DNA of 64,000 nt from Oikopleura dioica (lineage: Eukaryota > Animalia > Chordata): NCBI GenBank assembly GCA_907165135.1, contig OU015566.1:11098001-11162000 (forward strand). The letters run 5' to 3'. A model generated the notes under the pieces. The model was not told the origin of the DNA, did not search any database, and saw only the letters and a program-made list of their open reading frames with translations. Shown one piece after another: positions 47,601-59,991 of this stretch. The stretch's first letter is position 1. Every line of letters begins with the position of its first letter. The translations under genes and the position numbers were made by a program.

Positions 47601-48830
47601 CGCGACATCTTCAGTACTGTGAGTGGTTCCGGGACCAGAGATTTTCATCTGTTCTGCAAGGTACTGTGTTCCAGTGATGACGGGGCGAGGTCGGCCCTAA
47701 TTTTGTAATAAGACTTGATTTCAGTAAAAAAACACTGAGATCGACATTGATTTTTTGAACCTCACCTCTATGATTTCAGGCAGCATTTTTTCCATCCAAG
47801 TTGTTTTACCAGCACCAGGAAGACCGACGAAAGCAGTCAACAAATTAATAGTTGGAGAAGCAGTCTTGATTTCCTCGCATTCGATACCCTCCTCGTTGAA
47901 GAGACAGAAATTCTCCGGAATCGTGGAGAATGGCTTGTCGCACTGACCGAAGTTCAATTCAAGAGAGCAGTTTTTTATGAAGACGTGGGGAACAAAGGTC
48001 AAATGTTCTTCCATGCGCATCGACTAGAGCTCATCGTTAGGACTCGATTTCGTAAAAGAATGACTTACCCAAGCAGATCCTTTGTCCTCTCCATTCACAG
48101 TAAATTTCATCGTAACAGTAGTCCCATTCTTGCTTATCCAGCATCCAACAACATCCCCAGCCTTGTAACCTTCACTAACGTAATCAGCTGATTGACCATT
48201 CTCGAGCTTCTTTCCAGAAGCACAAAAACCGAACGAGTTTTCATTTTCGCCAAGGGGAAGAAAGTAGCTTTTTGCGTCGGACTGCATTGGAATTGAAAAG
48301 AAAAAATGGTCAAAAGACGGGCTCAACCGGGATTTGAACCCGGGACCTCTCGCACCCAAAGCGAGAATCATACCCCTAGACCATTGAGCCGTGGGGAGGG
48401 CCCTCAAAAAGTCATTTATCAAAGAACTTTTTTTAATACAGAAGGGAACACGGTAGTACAACGGGCCACTAAATCGGGCCTCTGTAAAATTTTTCAAGAC
48501 AACTAAAATCTTAATTCCATTCCTTGACAGTCCAACCGACTCGACAATGAAGAGCTTCTTCTCCAGAATCGACGATCTTTACTTCAAACCCTCCGTTTCC
48601 CACTTTCAACGAGTGGTCAGCTTTAGCACCTCCCCAAAGTTGTGATACAGCGCTAAAAATATACGTTCTCACATGGAAAATGCAAGTTTAGTCCTTGAAA
48701 GAGTGAATTTCATGCAATTGAGTATAAAATTGAAGTTCCTTCCATCCTATCGGTCAGAAATAGATCGCTTACTCAACATTTACTTTATTTTCGTCGATAA
48801 CTCTGACGTTACTCAGCATTTATAGGCAGT
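44645..48830 (-). CDS. hnRNP U / hnRNPUL-like protein (SPRY + P-loop AAA_33 + RS/DPR low-complexity region + RGG tail); N-terminal exon(s) probably extend to 50433
   Basis: SPRY segments LWGGAKA...HCRVGW and ENSFGFCASGKK...GDVVGCW...FTVNG, Walker A VGLPGAGKTTW, IVDDCN..PVQRR, and a C-terminal RGG box (44645-44854). Confidence 0.88.
48319..48390 (-). tRNA. tRNA-Pro (anticodon TGG), intronic
   Basis: GGCTCAATGGTCTAGGGGTATGATTCTCGCTTTGGGTGCGAGAGGTCCCGGGTTCAAATCCCGGTTGAGCCC: perfect 7-bp acceptor stem, A and B boxes, T-run terminator downstream. Confidence 0.97.
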
Positions 48831-48902
48831 ACCAGCTTTTTGATGATTTCCGGGCCCGCAAAAAATTTTCTGAAATCATCCTAATAGTACAGCTTAAGAA
48901 AG

Positions 48903-49211
48903 CCCGGAAGCTTTACTTTTATTTGGGCACCATATCAATAGATCTGAATTAAGCCCTGAGGCAATTAATAAGACCGGAAGTTCCGAAATTGGCACTAGAA
49001 GTGTTTAATCGTTTTTATTAGCCTTTAGAAAGCTCAGACTGAAGCCTTCCGGACGCACCTACTCAAGAGCCATTTCTAGTGAGCCCGGGCAACCAAAAAA
49101 TCGATTTAACAGTTCTAGTGGTCGTTTCGGAATTTCTGGTCCCATTAATTGCCTTTTGCGAGTGACCCAGATCTCTTGATATGGTGCCCAAATGAAAGCA
49201 AGGCTTCTGGG
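48903..49211. mobile_element. Degenerate ~310-bp palindromic (MITE/foldback-like) element
   Basis: Arms pair imperfectly, e.g. ATTTGGGCACCATATCAATAGATCTG vs CAGATCTCTTGATATGGTGCCCAAAT, and GGCAATTAAT...CACTAGAA vs TTCTAGTG...ATTAATTGCC. Confidence 0.65.
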
Positions 49212-50091
49212 ATATCTAAAATTGTGTCATCAGACGGTCTGATGATCAGACCACTAAATTTTAGTGAGTAGCAAAGCTAGAAAATTAGGTAGATTTTTAT
49301 CTAAAAAGCCTTAGTATTCCGATCTCATCTTTTAAAAGATTCAGGAAAACTTTCAGTCACATAATGCTTGTGATACTTTGATATTAGTCGAAGGCAGATG
49401 TCTACCTCTCAAGTAATTTGTGCAAGATAGTAAATGGATGGAAGCATTTATTAAAAGACCCTTCGTAAAGTTCATATTCCTCGTTGTGCTGCCGAAACTT
49501 GGACAATTTGCAAGGTTTTTCAAGGAAAACTGTGGACATTTTCCGAAATATTTGGATTTTTCTCGGTGATAAACTGTGTCAACGACTTTCGCCCGTAAGT
49601 TACGGGCCGTAACCTTTGACCAACATTGTGTTCTTGTTCTCAGGAACACTTTCAGTCTCATTGATAATCTCCTGCAAACATCATTTAATGCCAAGATATT
49701 CCAAAGGGGATTGCAATACTTTCGACGAAGAGTCATCAAAGTTCATGCTGCGGAAGTACTACAATACTAGATCAAAGAAAAAGGCAGAACTTTAGGACTC
49801 AATTCCCCGACAAGATATTTCGTCAACAGAAGGTCAAAAAGAACAACGACTTGCTACCAACAATTCAATGCGTGAATCGAACTCTGGCCTTCTGTGTTTT
49901 TTCCTTGTTCTTTTTCGGGCAATTTAAAGACTTTCATATCTTCCTTCCATTTTTAACGGACCGATAGGATGTTCAGGATTATTATTGCTACATTGATCAT
50001 CGATAGTTTCTAGCGATTCTGTTGTAAAAAAAGACAACTTCGATTATTCAGCCCCTTCACCAGCAAAAAAGCTTTCTTTGGTACAATGTAA

Positions 50092-50433
50092 TCAAAAAAC
50101 TTCACACTCGAATAGTTGAAAATTTTCACTCGGTAAATGATGATAATTGAATCTGTGATAAATGAATAAAACGATTAATAACCTCTCATTGACGGACTTG
50201 ACTTCGTTTTGGCGTATCTCAAGGTTCAAATCGGCGGTCTTAGAAGAAACGCGAACTTGGCGAACCTGCGCTGGTCTTGGCTCAACTTCCTCCTCCGTTA
50301 TCTCCTCTTTTTTAGGAGACTCGGCCTCTTCATTCTCATTTGGAAGCTCTGACTGCAGTTCCAAATCATTCATTTCAGAATCAGTCGTGGGGATAGTCTC
50401 CTCTGTATTAGCTTCTCCGTCTTCTGCACTCAT
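50092..50433 (-). CDS. Acidic N-terminal exon, probably the first coding exon of the hnRNPU-like gene or of a separate upstream gene
   Basis: MSAEDGEANTEETIP... Glu-rich ORF; hnRNPU proteins have acidic N-terminal regions, but exon connectivity through 49350-50050 could not be resolved. Confidence 0.5.
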   Translation of the reverse strand: MSAEDGEANTEETIPTTDSEMNDLELQSELPNENEEAESPKKEEITEEEVEPRPAQVRQVRVSSKTADLNLEIRQNEVKSVNERLLIVLFIYHRFNYHHLPSENFQLFECEVF

Positions 50434-50879
50434 TTTGACAAGTCAAAGAACAGTAATAAGTTACAAAGCAAGAATCTCGCGAATCGGCTAGAATAAAAAG
50501 TTCCTCTCAATTATGAAAATCTGAAAATTTGATGATTCTTCAAGACGAAAACATACGAATCTGGAAAAAGTAGCGAAAAAAAGCTGAATTCGAAGATAAC
50601 TGGCCAATAGAAACACGATGTTTTCGATTAGAACACCCACGAAAATGCTACTCAAGATAATTTTAAAGTGTTCGTCCTAGTAAATAGTTTTTATCTGAAT
50701 TTTTTTAGTTTGTTATTTCTTTTTGCTTTGATTTTTTCAGTAAAATCTAATATAAAATATTTTTTTCAAAATAATAATTTCTGAGTTTCAATAATTTCTC
50801 CTTCGTCCTTTCATCCTCTTTTCGTATCTCAAATGTTTCTTCTTACCTAATTCCTCTCAGAAAATAATCTTCCTTTATC

Positions 50880-51213
50880 ACTTTTCTACTCGTAAAACTC
50901 GATAGAACTCGACTTTCGAGTCGACGACTGGCGGCGTGTGAGTTTTCTTTTTGGTCTCGCGCGCGTCCCGAGCGATGACGTAATCGTCTTTGACTAACCA
51001 ATCAGCGCGCCGAGCTGGGTCCGGTTGCAGCGCCAGGAGACTCTGGCTGGGTGATTTATTTTTCCGTCGGGCGCTCGCCATTGGTCAATTTTGACGCAGT
51101 GAGATAGAGAAATCCGACACTGACGAAACTGGTTCGGAAGCATGCGCGCTGGAATCACCTCCAACTTCGTTCAATCGCTTTGAGCTTCAGTCAAGTTTGA
51201 CGATTATCTGGCC
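50880..51213. promoter_or_regulatory. Probable bidirectional promoter between the minus-strand hnRNPU cluster and the plus-strand operon
   Basis: GC/CpG-rich island between divergent genes, with CCAAT/ATTGG boxes at ~50998 and ~51080. Confidence 0.45.
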
Positions 51214-53905
51214 ATGGCGGTCGCCACGCTGGCATTTGAGCTGGCTGGGGCGTTTCTACTCGCTGCTGGAATGCTTTGGAAATATGGCAATTTGAGGAAA
51301 TCTACTCCAGGTGTTGTTTTAGGCAGGTTTTTTCAATCACAAAGAGCCCAAACTATTCAAAAGGATCTTACCAATTTTTTCATTTTCTTGAAAAATCGTA
51401 AAAATGATTAAAAAAACCGATCAAAAGCTGTATTTATTGCTTGGTACTTCTCTCTATGTATCGTTACTGTTCTTCCAAACGACGTTTCCGCAACCTTCTA
51501 CCGCCAATGTCTATCAGACGCCGAGCCCACCACGACTACCGCGCCGGTGATCAACGCGACCGACTCTCCAGTCGATTTTCCCGAAATTCCAAACAGCCAA
51601 AATGGCCAAGTTCTCGACGAAGAGCGACCTTATTCAAGATATGGACCCTTAGATGATTATGGAAAAGTTCGAAAGAAGCGAGAACTCGTCCCAATCCTCG
51701 AAGAATCCAGCGCAAGTACTTCAACCGTCGATCCTTCTTCGCAATGCATCAAGCCAGTTTCTTACGTAGATGGAACTGTGATCCCTCGACTGTACAAAGT
51801 GGTGTACTGGACGACGCAACTATTCACCTGGCTGCTGATCCCGTTTTTGTCTGCTTACGTCCAGGCGGGTGAATTTTCCGTGCTCGCGAAAGCTCGAACC
51901 GCGCTGATCGACAATGCGATTTACTACGGAACATATGTGGTGATTATTCTCATCCTATTGATTTACGCCCTGGCGGCGCATCTCTTCCAGGACCAGGGAG
52001 TATCAGCCCTCAAACAAATGGCCATTCAAGCGGCGAATACTTGGGGTCTCTTTCTCTTAGGTAACTTTGCATCGCTAAATTTCCTCCGATAATTTTAAAA
52101 TAGTCCTTCTTCTCGGCTACGGACTCGTAGAACTGCCGCGCTCCTGTTGGTACCGTTCGAATATTCAGCATCAGCTCGAGTGGGAATACTTCAGCCTCGC
52201 AAAAGTCACAGAAGACAAGCATGAGGCGACAGAAGAGCTTGATCAAATCCTACTAGAGGTGAAAAAGGCATCGAAGGGAGTTCCATTTGGCCATATGCTC
52301 AGGGAGCACGTGAACACAATCCTAAAAAAGTGTCCTGGACATTTTCAAGAAGAAGTGGCAAGAGAGGAATCGCAAAACGGACCGGATGAAGATCTTATGC
52401 CCAGCGAACGGTAGGTCATTTTCTTCCGCCAAAATTATCAAACTAACCTCTCAGTACTCTCATCCGTCTTCATAAAAAGCTCAACAAAGCGCTCCAGCGC
52501 GAAAACAGAACTCAAACACAATTCAAACTCTTTCTTCAACGAGCTTTGTACAGCGAAGATGTAATTAAAAATCGCCTCTCAGCGGATCGTACTTGGAAAA
52601 GTCACTACTCAATGTAAGAAAGCATCCAATTATCCATCAACTAACCTTTTCAACAAGAGATGAAAGCTCTTTATTGCCATCTTCTTTGAAATGGTGGTGG
52701 CGTTGCATCTTCCGCTCGCACGTGATGAAGCTCCTTTCGATCCTCTTCGGCCTCTTTTCGGCGATGGTCATTTGGTCGGAATGTACATTTTCGATGCAAA
52801 ACCCGACTCTCAGTATTTTCGCCATTCTAGTGCGGCACTGGGCTTCAGTCAAAAACTACTTCAACTTGGAGCTGTTTTGTTTCATCACGATTGCTTACTT
52901 GTGTCTTTGTGCGTACTGGACTCTTTTCCAGATCAAGGTTTGTCGATTTCAGCGATTCTCGATAATTGAGAATGTTTATAGCTTTTTAATATTTATTACA
53001 TCGCGCCAAATCACCAAACTGACGACTACTCGTTGCTCTTTATCGGCATGTTTCTTTGCCGGCTCACTCCTCCACTGTGTCTCAACTTTCTCTGTCTAAT
53101 CCATATGGATTCCGGCGTCACCGATGGCGAGGAACTCGTTGACGTCGCCTACACCGACCTGATGGGTCATCTTAGTTTAAGTAAGAGCTTCATGACTCGA
53201 CCAATATCTAGCTGTTTCTAGTAAGCGATCGCTTCTTTATTTATTTCCCCATTCTGATCGTCCTCCTCTGCACTGGAACGTACTTCAAACTCGGCACTCG
53301 CTGCCTCTCTTCTATCGGTTTCGCGCAGTTTCTCCAATCCGACGAGCTCACCACTGATCTTATGGAAGAGGGAAAGGCATTTGTCAACCGAGGTAAGATC
53401 TTTTCCTCCTCTCCCGTTGGATTAATAAAATTTGAAGAGAAAAGACGGATCGAGCGCGAGACAAAAAAGGATGAGCGCAATTACACAGAGCGTGCATCTT
53501 CATCTACCGCTCATAACGAGTCCTTCTCCTCGGCGAACTGGGACCGGGTGAATGAGGAACGCGTTTCACTTTTGAAAGGTATAAAGTTCGGTCATACCCA
53601 TTTACTCCATTTATCTCTGGTGCATGTGGTGAAATTCAATGGGGAAATATTATCAGCTTATTTTTGCTTTGAAAATAAGCTTTGTGGGGCTTACATTTAC
53701 TACCATTATTATCATCCTTGATTTTTTTAACTCGGTGGAAAATCAGTGTTGAATTTTCCAATCTTTCGCTGTAGCTAACACTAAATGTGAAACGCTTCTC
53801 AAGAATTATAAATTAGATAACGACTCCGGCGACGAACACTGGGACTCTGGGGCGAAAGGGTCCTCTTCCAGCAGACCTAATCGTTCTTTATTTGACGATG
53901 TTTAA
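51214..53905 (+). CDS. LMBRD2: LMBR1 domain-containing protein 2
   Basis: N-terminus (ELAGAFLLAAGMLWKYGN...AWYFS...VLPNDVS), LYKVVYWTTQLFTWLLIPF, DNAIYYG, AANTWGLFLL, RLTPPLCLNFL and terminal LFDDV. Confidence 0.9.
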
Positions 53906-54207
53906 AACACCTAATTACACCATTTCCAAGTTTTTTTTTAAACCAAATATCTTCAACTTTAACTCCTCACCATTTATTTCTGTCAACCCGTTATTTCTTC
54001 AGGCTATTTTCCAGTAACAATTCTTTAAAAAATTCTTTCTATCAACATTCTAACTTATTGGAAAATATTGCCCATTTATAAAAGACAATTTTTTGGTCAA
54101 GCGCAATCCATTTCAAAGTTTTATCTCCTGTATGGTACAGTAAAATTCATTTAATTCAGTATTTAATCACTAAAAAGAGGCAAGTTTATTGATTTCTTCA
54201 CGCTAGA

Positions 54208-55016
54208 ATGGTTTCGGAAGAGCAGGAGGAGGAATACGAAGCTCTAGAATCCATTTATCCCGAAATCGAGCGCCATGACGGCGACCTACTTTCATTTAGC
54301 ATCAAGTTAGAATCTGAAACAGAGGAGAATCAACTACAGTAAGTTTACTTTCTTCCATCACAGTTCTATTATGCTCAGATAAGGGTTGAACTCCGCCTCC
54401 AGTTACCAGAAGAGTACCCCAACGCTGTGCTAGAATGCGATGTTCTTGACTTTGAAAACATCGATCCAGAAGATTGCGTTGGCATCGAAAAGTTTATCCG
54501 CGAAACTTGCCAGGAAGAACTTGGCGAGCAGATTTGTTTTACTGTCATCAGGTACAGATTCTTTTTCGAAAGCGATTCTTACAAAAAATTCTAGCGGTGT
54601 TCAGGACTATCTCAATGACCTCGTTGATACCATGGAAAAACGGAAAAAGGAAGAAGAAGAAAGGAAAAAGCGGGAGGAAGAGGAAGCTGCTCGAAAGAAA
54701 TTCGAGGGTACCAGAGTTACAGTCGAATCTTTCTTGAAATGGAAGGAAAAGTTTGACGCTGAACTCGAATCGCTCAAATCAGCCGAACAGAAAAAGCGGG
54801 AGGCAGAATTAAAAGGGCGAATGACCGGTGAGCGAGGAAGGTTCTCTGCCCAGCAGTAACGGTTCTGTAGGTAAACAACTCTTCCTTTCAAAGAAAGCAG
54901 GAGGCGATGAAGACGTCAAGCTCGCTATCGCCAACCAAGTCGAAGTCGACGAGTCCCTTTTCGAGGACTTGGGCGATCTCGATCTTGATGAAGAGCTCGA
55001 CATCCCAGACGAGTAA
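54208..55016 (+). CDS. RWDD1: RWD domain-containing protein 1
   Basis: EQEEEYEALESIYP, LPEEYP, FEGTRVTVESFLKWKEKFDAE, TG.QLF and VEVDESLFEDL. Confidence 0.9.
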
Positions 55017-55121
55017 ACCTCCAAGCAACCTGCCTGTATCTATCTGTTCTAGCACAATACCAGTTCAAAGAAACTCTTCAGAAAAATAAGAATTTTCACC
55101 CTGGTTCGTTTAGAAAGAAAC

Positions 55122-56410
55122 GATGAAGCTCTTGACTCACAACATGATGCAAAGCCACGTTAAGGGAATTACCCGACGATTTCCTCTTCTCATCAAACCC
55201 GAGAATGTCCGAGTTGTGGAGCAGGTAAAATGCCAACGACTGACGGCGTCCTTATCGTTATTCTAGGAATTCAACCCGGATTTTATCCGACGAATGCTTG
55301 GACGAATTGAGTACGAGGCTCTTCGTAAGTTTCTCCTCCCCTCGCACTAGGTTCAACAAATCGAAATCCGATGCCCGGAAAACCCGATATCGGATCGGAT
55401 ATTTATCGGGTTTTGTCGGGTTTTTTTTCACCCTACAAAACCCGATCCTGAAAATTTCAAAACCCGACGTAGGATCGGGTTTTTGTCGGATTTTGTCGGA
55501 ATTTCGTCGGGTTTTTCTTGCCTTTTCAGCCAATCACAGTCGGTCTGAAAAGCCTCCCTTGCCCTTTTTTACTCAAAATGCACTCGAAATAGATGAGAAC
55601 TGCCTCCGAAACCGGTAAAAGGTAGAGAACGAGCTCTAGAGGACATTCACATCAATCTTACCAAAGATAATCTTCTGGCAAGAGAATGAAATTCGGCGAT
55701 GTCCCTGGCAATCGGCGATCCATTTCGAGGACAGAATTTCAGAGACCGCCTGAGCTTGAAGGCTTTAGTAGAACAGTCTTTTAGGTTGACTCCCACTATT
55801 TTCAAGCCCATGGCATATTTGACCGTATTAGACCAGGCGTTTTTATTGTATAAGGAGATGTACAATGGGAAAATGTACAAAAATCTAAATATTATTAGAA
55901 ATGATACTCGAAAATTGTCGTTGACCAAAGAAAAACCGCCCAAGACAAGTTTTTGACCTTCTTTTGACTTGATTTTTTAAATTTTTGCTCGTTGGAAACC
56001 CGACAAAAATCCGACAAAAACCCGATAAAAACCCGATTTCGGACCCGACAAAAACCCGATGAAATCCAACAAAACCCGATCCAACAAAACCCGATCTCCT
56101 AAAAAACCCGATAAAACCCGATCTTGGTTTCGGGCGATTTTGTTGAACCTAGCCCTCGCATTTCTCTTTAAGAACTCTTGTAATACACATTTTACTAGAG
56201 CAGGCAATGGCCTGGCTTGGCCACGACGGTAAGCTTCCCAAAGACTGCCCAAGTGAAGATGAAAACAACGAAGACATCCTGAAGGCGATCCATCACGCTC
56301 TGATTGAAGTTGAATTGGTTGAAGGCAAACTTGTTTGTCCCGAATCCGGCCGAGAGTTTCCGGTAAAGAATGGCATCCCAAACATGCTCTTGAATGAAGA
56401 TGAAGTTTGA
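55122..56410 (+). CDS. TRMT112: Methyltransferase activator TRMT112
   Basis: MKLLTHNMMQSHVKG..FPL and HHALIEVELVEGKLVCPESGREFPVKNGIPNMLLNEDEV; an enlarged intron carries a transposon. Confidence 0.93.
55347..56152. mobile_element. Non-autonomous DNA transposon (8-bp TSD; hAT/P/Merlin-type), 806 bp, inside a TRMT112 intron
   Basis: TIR CTAGGTTCAACAAA / TTTGTTGAACCTAG; exact TSD CCCTCGCA at 55339-55346 and 56153-56160; arrays of AAAACCCGA(C/T) subterminal repeats at both ends. Confidence 0.88.
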
Positions 56411-56511
56411 TTTTGCTCCTGAATTGCCCTGTATGTGAAAAAATGCTTATGAGAAGGATAAATTGCCCGGACTGAATTCTTCGAGGAGGTTGACAACATT
56501 TACCTTTCAGA

Positions 56512-57080
56512 ATGAAAAATGTACGAAAAGATTCAACAAGTAGCTCCTCCGACACAAGTTCAGATAGCGACGATGAAATGAGAGCTAAACTCCTTGCCGC
56601 CTGCGTAACCTCCGAGATGATCAAAGAGAGCAATAAAAAGATGTCCAAAATCAAGACCCAAATCATCAAGGTAAATCATCGGCAACTTTCTAGCGCGTCC
56701 AATCTCCACTTAGGTCGGTCCATATGAAGACATCGAGCTCAGTCCACAGCAGTACAAGCGATTGGCAGAACTTCTCCAACAGTTGAGCGAGAATACCTTC
56801 GAGTTCCGAGAGCCCAAGAAGAAAACCAACAAAAGGCTGGCAGATCAAGAAAGGCTTTTCGATGAGTGCCCCAGCCTACGGATGAGTAAGTTATTGACTC
56901 ACATGTGAACGCGGTTCCTGAACATTACTTTCAGTTTCTTCCGGAGCTCTGATAAATTTGAATGAAGAGCCTTCAAGAAAAAAGAAGCGAAAGAAAATAA
57001 CGAAGGAGGAAGAGGATGAAAAACTCGCAGCCATTGCAAGCATGGCCGTTACTTTTGACCAGATTAAAACGATGGTTTAA
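56512..57080 (+). CDS. CUSTOS (C12orf43)-like protein
   Basis: SSDSDDE..AKLLAACVT N-terminus, ELSPQQYKRLAELL, a basic RKKKRKK stretch and terminal AIASMAVTFDQI resemble the recalled CUSTOS layout. Confidence 0.5.
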
Positions 57081-57115
57081 TTGAGGAAACTAACTTTCTG
57101 ACTTTTCAGATAAGA

Positions 57116-58805
57116 ATGAGCGCGTACGACCGTTATGACGATCGTCGACATGACGACCGATATGACGATCGACGATATGATGACCGATCGCGATACGACG
57201 ATCGCCGAGACGACAGAGATAGATATGATGACAGAAGATACGAAGAATCCCGACGAGATGATCGACGAGAGGAGGAACCCCGAGAAGAGCGAGGTAGCTT
57301 TCTTTCCCGGAAAATAGTTACTTATCTTCTTCGTTAGAAATGAAAGTCGTCTCCAACGATGGCGGTGCTGAGGGCATGAACCCAGACGGTTTGATTGAGT
57401 CCAACTGGGACGAAGTCTGCGAATCTTTCGATGACATGTCCCTCGACCAGCAGCTTCTCCGAGGTATCTACTCGTATGGTTTCGAGAAGCCGTCCGCCAT
57501 CCAGATGCGAGCTATTGTCCCTTGCACCAAAGGATACGATGTCATCGCTCAGGCCCAGTCCGGTACTGGTAAAACTGCCACCTTTGCTATCTCTTGTCTC
57601 CAGCAGATCGATGTTAACCGAGCTTGCACTCAGGCCCTCATCCTTGGCCCCACCCGTGAATTGGCCCAGCAGATCCAGAAGGTAGCTTATCAGTATAAAT
57701 AAGGAATCATAGAAGATAATTTCAGGTCGTTCTCTCCCTTGGTGACTACATGGGCGCCTCCTGTTACGCTTGTGTTGGTGGCAACAACATGAAAGTCGAA
57801 ATCCAGAGACTCCAGTCCGAGCCTCAGCAGATCATTGTCGGTACCCCCGGTCGAGTGTTCGATATGATCACTAGAAAGGTACTCGATGAAGATCCGTATT
57901 ATCTGATAACACTCTCAGGTCATCGATCCCCGAGACATCAAGATTTTCGTTCTCGATGAGGCCGATGAAATGCTTTCGCGAGGTTTCAAGGACCAAATTT
58001 ACGATATCTTCCGAACACTTCCCGGAAACATCCAGGTACTCATCCCTATTCTTATCGGATTTTCATTGTGCCTAGGTCGTGCTTCTGTCCGCCACCATGC
58101 CCACTGAAATTCTCGATGTCACCAAGCGATTCATGAGAGAGCCCATCAGAATTTTGGTCAAGAAAGAAGAACTTACCCTTGAAGGTATTAAACAGTATTA
58201 CGTCAATGTTGAAAAGGAAGACTGGAAGGTAATCAACGGCATTATTGAATTGTTTAATCCGTGAATTAGCTCGAAACTCTCTGCGATCTTTACGAGACCG
58301 TCACCATCACCCAGTGTGTCATCTTCTTGAACACTCGAAAGAAGGTCGAATGGCTCACCCAGCAGCTCAACAGACGTGATTTCACTGTCTCCTGCATGCA
58401 CGGAGACATGGACCAGAAGAACCGAGAACAGGTGCAGTTTGACTCCTTTTTGAGATGACTAACTATCCATTCAGGTCATGAGAGAGTTCCGAACTGGTTC
58501 ATCCCGAGTCCTCATCACCACCGATCTTTTGGCTCGAGGTATCGGTAAGTTGCTCGTGTCTTATCTTATTAAAATGCTGACGAATGAATTCAGATGTCCA
58601 GCAGGTCTCCCTTGTCATCAACTACGATCTCCCAACCAACCGAGAAAACTACATCCATCGTATCGGTCGAGGTGGTCGATTCGGTCGTAAGGGTGCTGCC
58701 ATCAACTTTGTCACTGAGGAGGACAAGCGAACTCTCCAGGACATTGAGCAGTTCTACAACACCACTATTGAAGAGATGCCAATGAACATCGCCGATCTTC
58801 TCTAA
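57116..58805 (+). CDS. EIF4A: Eukaryotic initiation factor 4A (DEAD-box helicase) with an N-terminal YDDR-repeat exon
   Basis: [70 protein letters not shown] and terminal MPMNIADLL. Exon 1 joins in frame via a 44-nt intron (57294-57337). Confidence 0.96.
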
Positions 58806-59991
58806 GTTTTTATGTCAAAAGCTTCATGCTTTTTAGGAAAGGGGTTCAAAAATGTTTCACCGTACTCTTCCTTGATTTCAATGTTTTATTTTCCCATTTT
58901 GATCCCTCCAAAGCCTAAAATGCAATATCTATAACATTTTCGATAATTATTTCCCCTGAAATCCCATTGTCGCGACATCCTGTACCCTCCTCCTCGCCCC
59001 CTTGCGTTCTCCTAGAATTTTCCCATTTCCTATGTAGTCTTATTAATAGTTCAAAGTTGGTAACCGTTGTTCAAACATCTTATGCGCTCTTTCGCCTCAA
59101 CTGTTCACTATTCCTGTTATTTAACGCTTGTAAAATCTAACGTATCAAAATCCGAACCCCTCTACCCTCCTGCCCGTCCTCGGCTGAATGTCGTGCATTA
59201 GCACCCAATCGGTGGACCTTATTGAGTGTATCGGGCCCGATCACAGACGATGGAAAACTGAATGAAACGCGTTCTGTTCTGGCTCACCCTTTTTGTATAT
59301 TATATACTGCCGGAACAGAAACCAATTGTGATCGCCCAGGACGAGCGCAGGCATAACCCAAAATTTTGTTTCGATTTCAAAAAAATCCTAGAGATTATTA
59401 TTTAGGCCAAAGGTTTTTCCGATCAGTAACGTGGCTACTAGCCTCGACTCTGGTTAAGGTTTTTTCCTTTTCCAAAAATTAACACCATACTAAGTCGATT
59501 GACCCGGCGCCTACTGGTAAAATCAGTATGGTATCCTCTTCTTTTTGAGTTCCCAGAGCTCTAGCAGTGTTCATCTCCTGACAAAATACCTGTCATTCTC
59601 ATGTCAACCTTTAGGGAAATTATGTTCATCTTTGTCATTTCAAGGAGTTCTTGCTCTGACATTCTTGAAATCACAAAACTCAGCTGCTACAATTGGTGAC
59701 TCCCTCAAACTTTAGTTTTTTTGTTAGTTCTCGACCAACTCGCCCCGGGCACTGTGTCAGAACCGAGAGGACATGTCCCTTTTGTAGCTTCTTCATTATC
59801 CAGTTAAACCCTCATCGGACCCCCTATCGCTTTTATTCACAAAAGTCTTTGAAACTAAAACTCTCGTGCGTGGCAAAGAATTCAACTTGCGTGACACATG
59901 CAAATCAAAATTATCACCCACCGCATTCTTCATCGAATAAATATTGGGTTCATGAAACTTTCAAAATTGAAACCGGTCTATCTTTTAGAAA

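Noticed and set aside
55977-56669. 230-aa minus-strand ORF
   Set aside because: It is antisense to TRMT112 and CUSTOS exons and runs through the transposon's subterminal repeats, with no coherent protein features.
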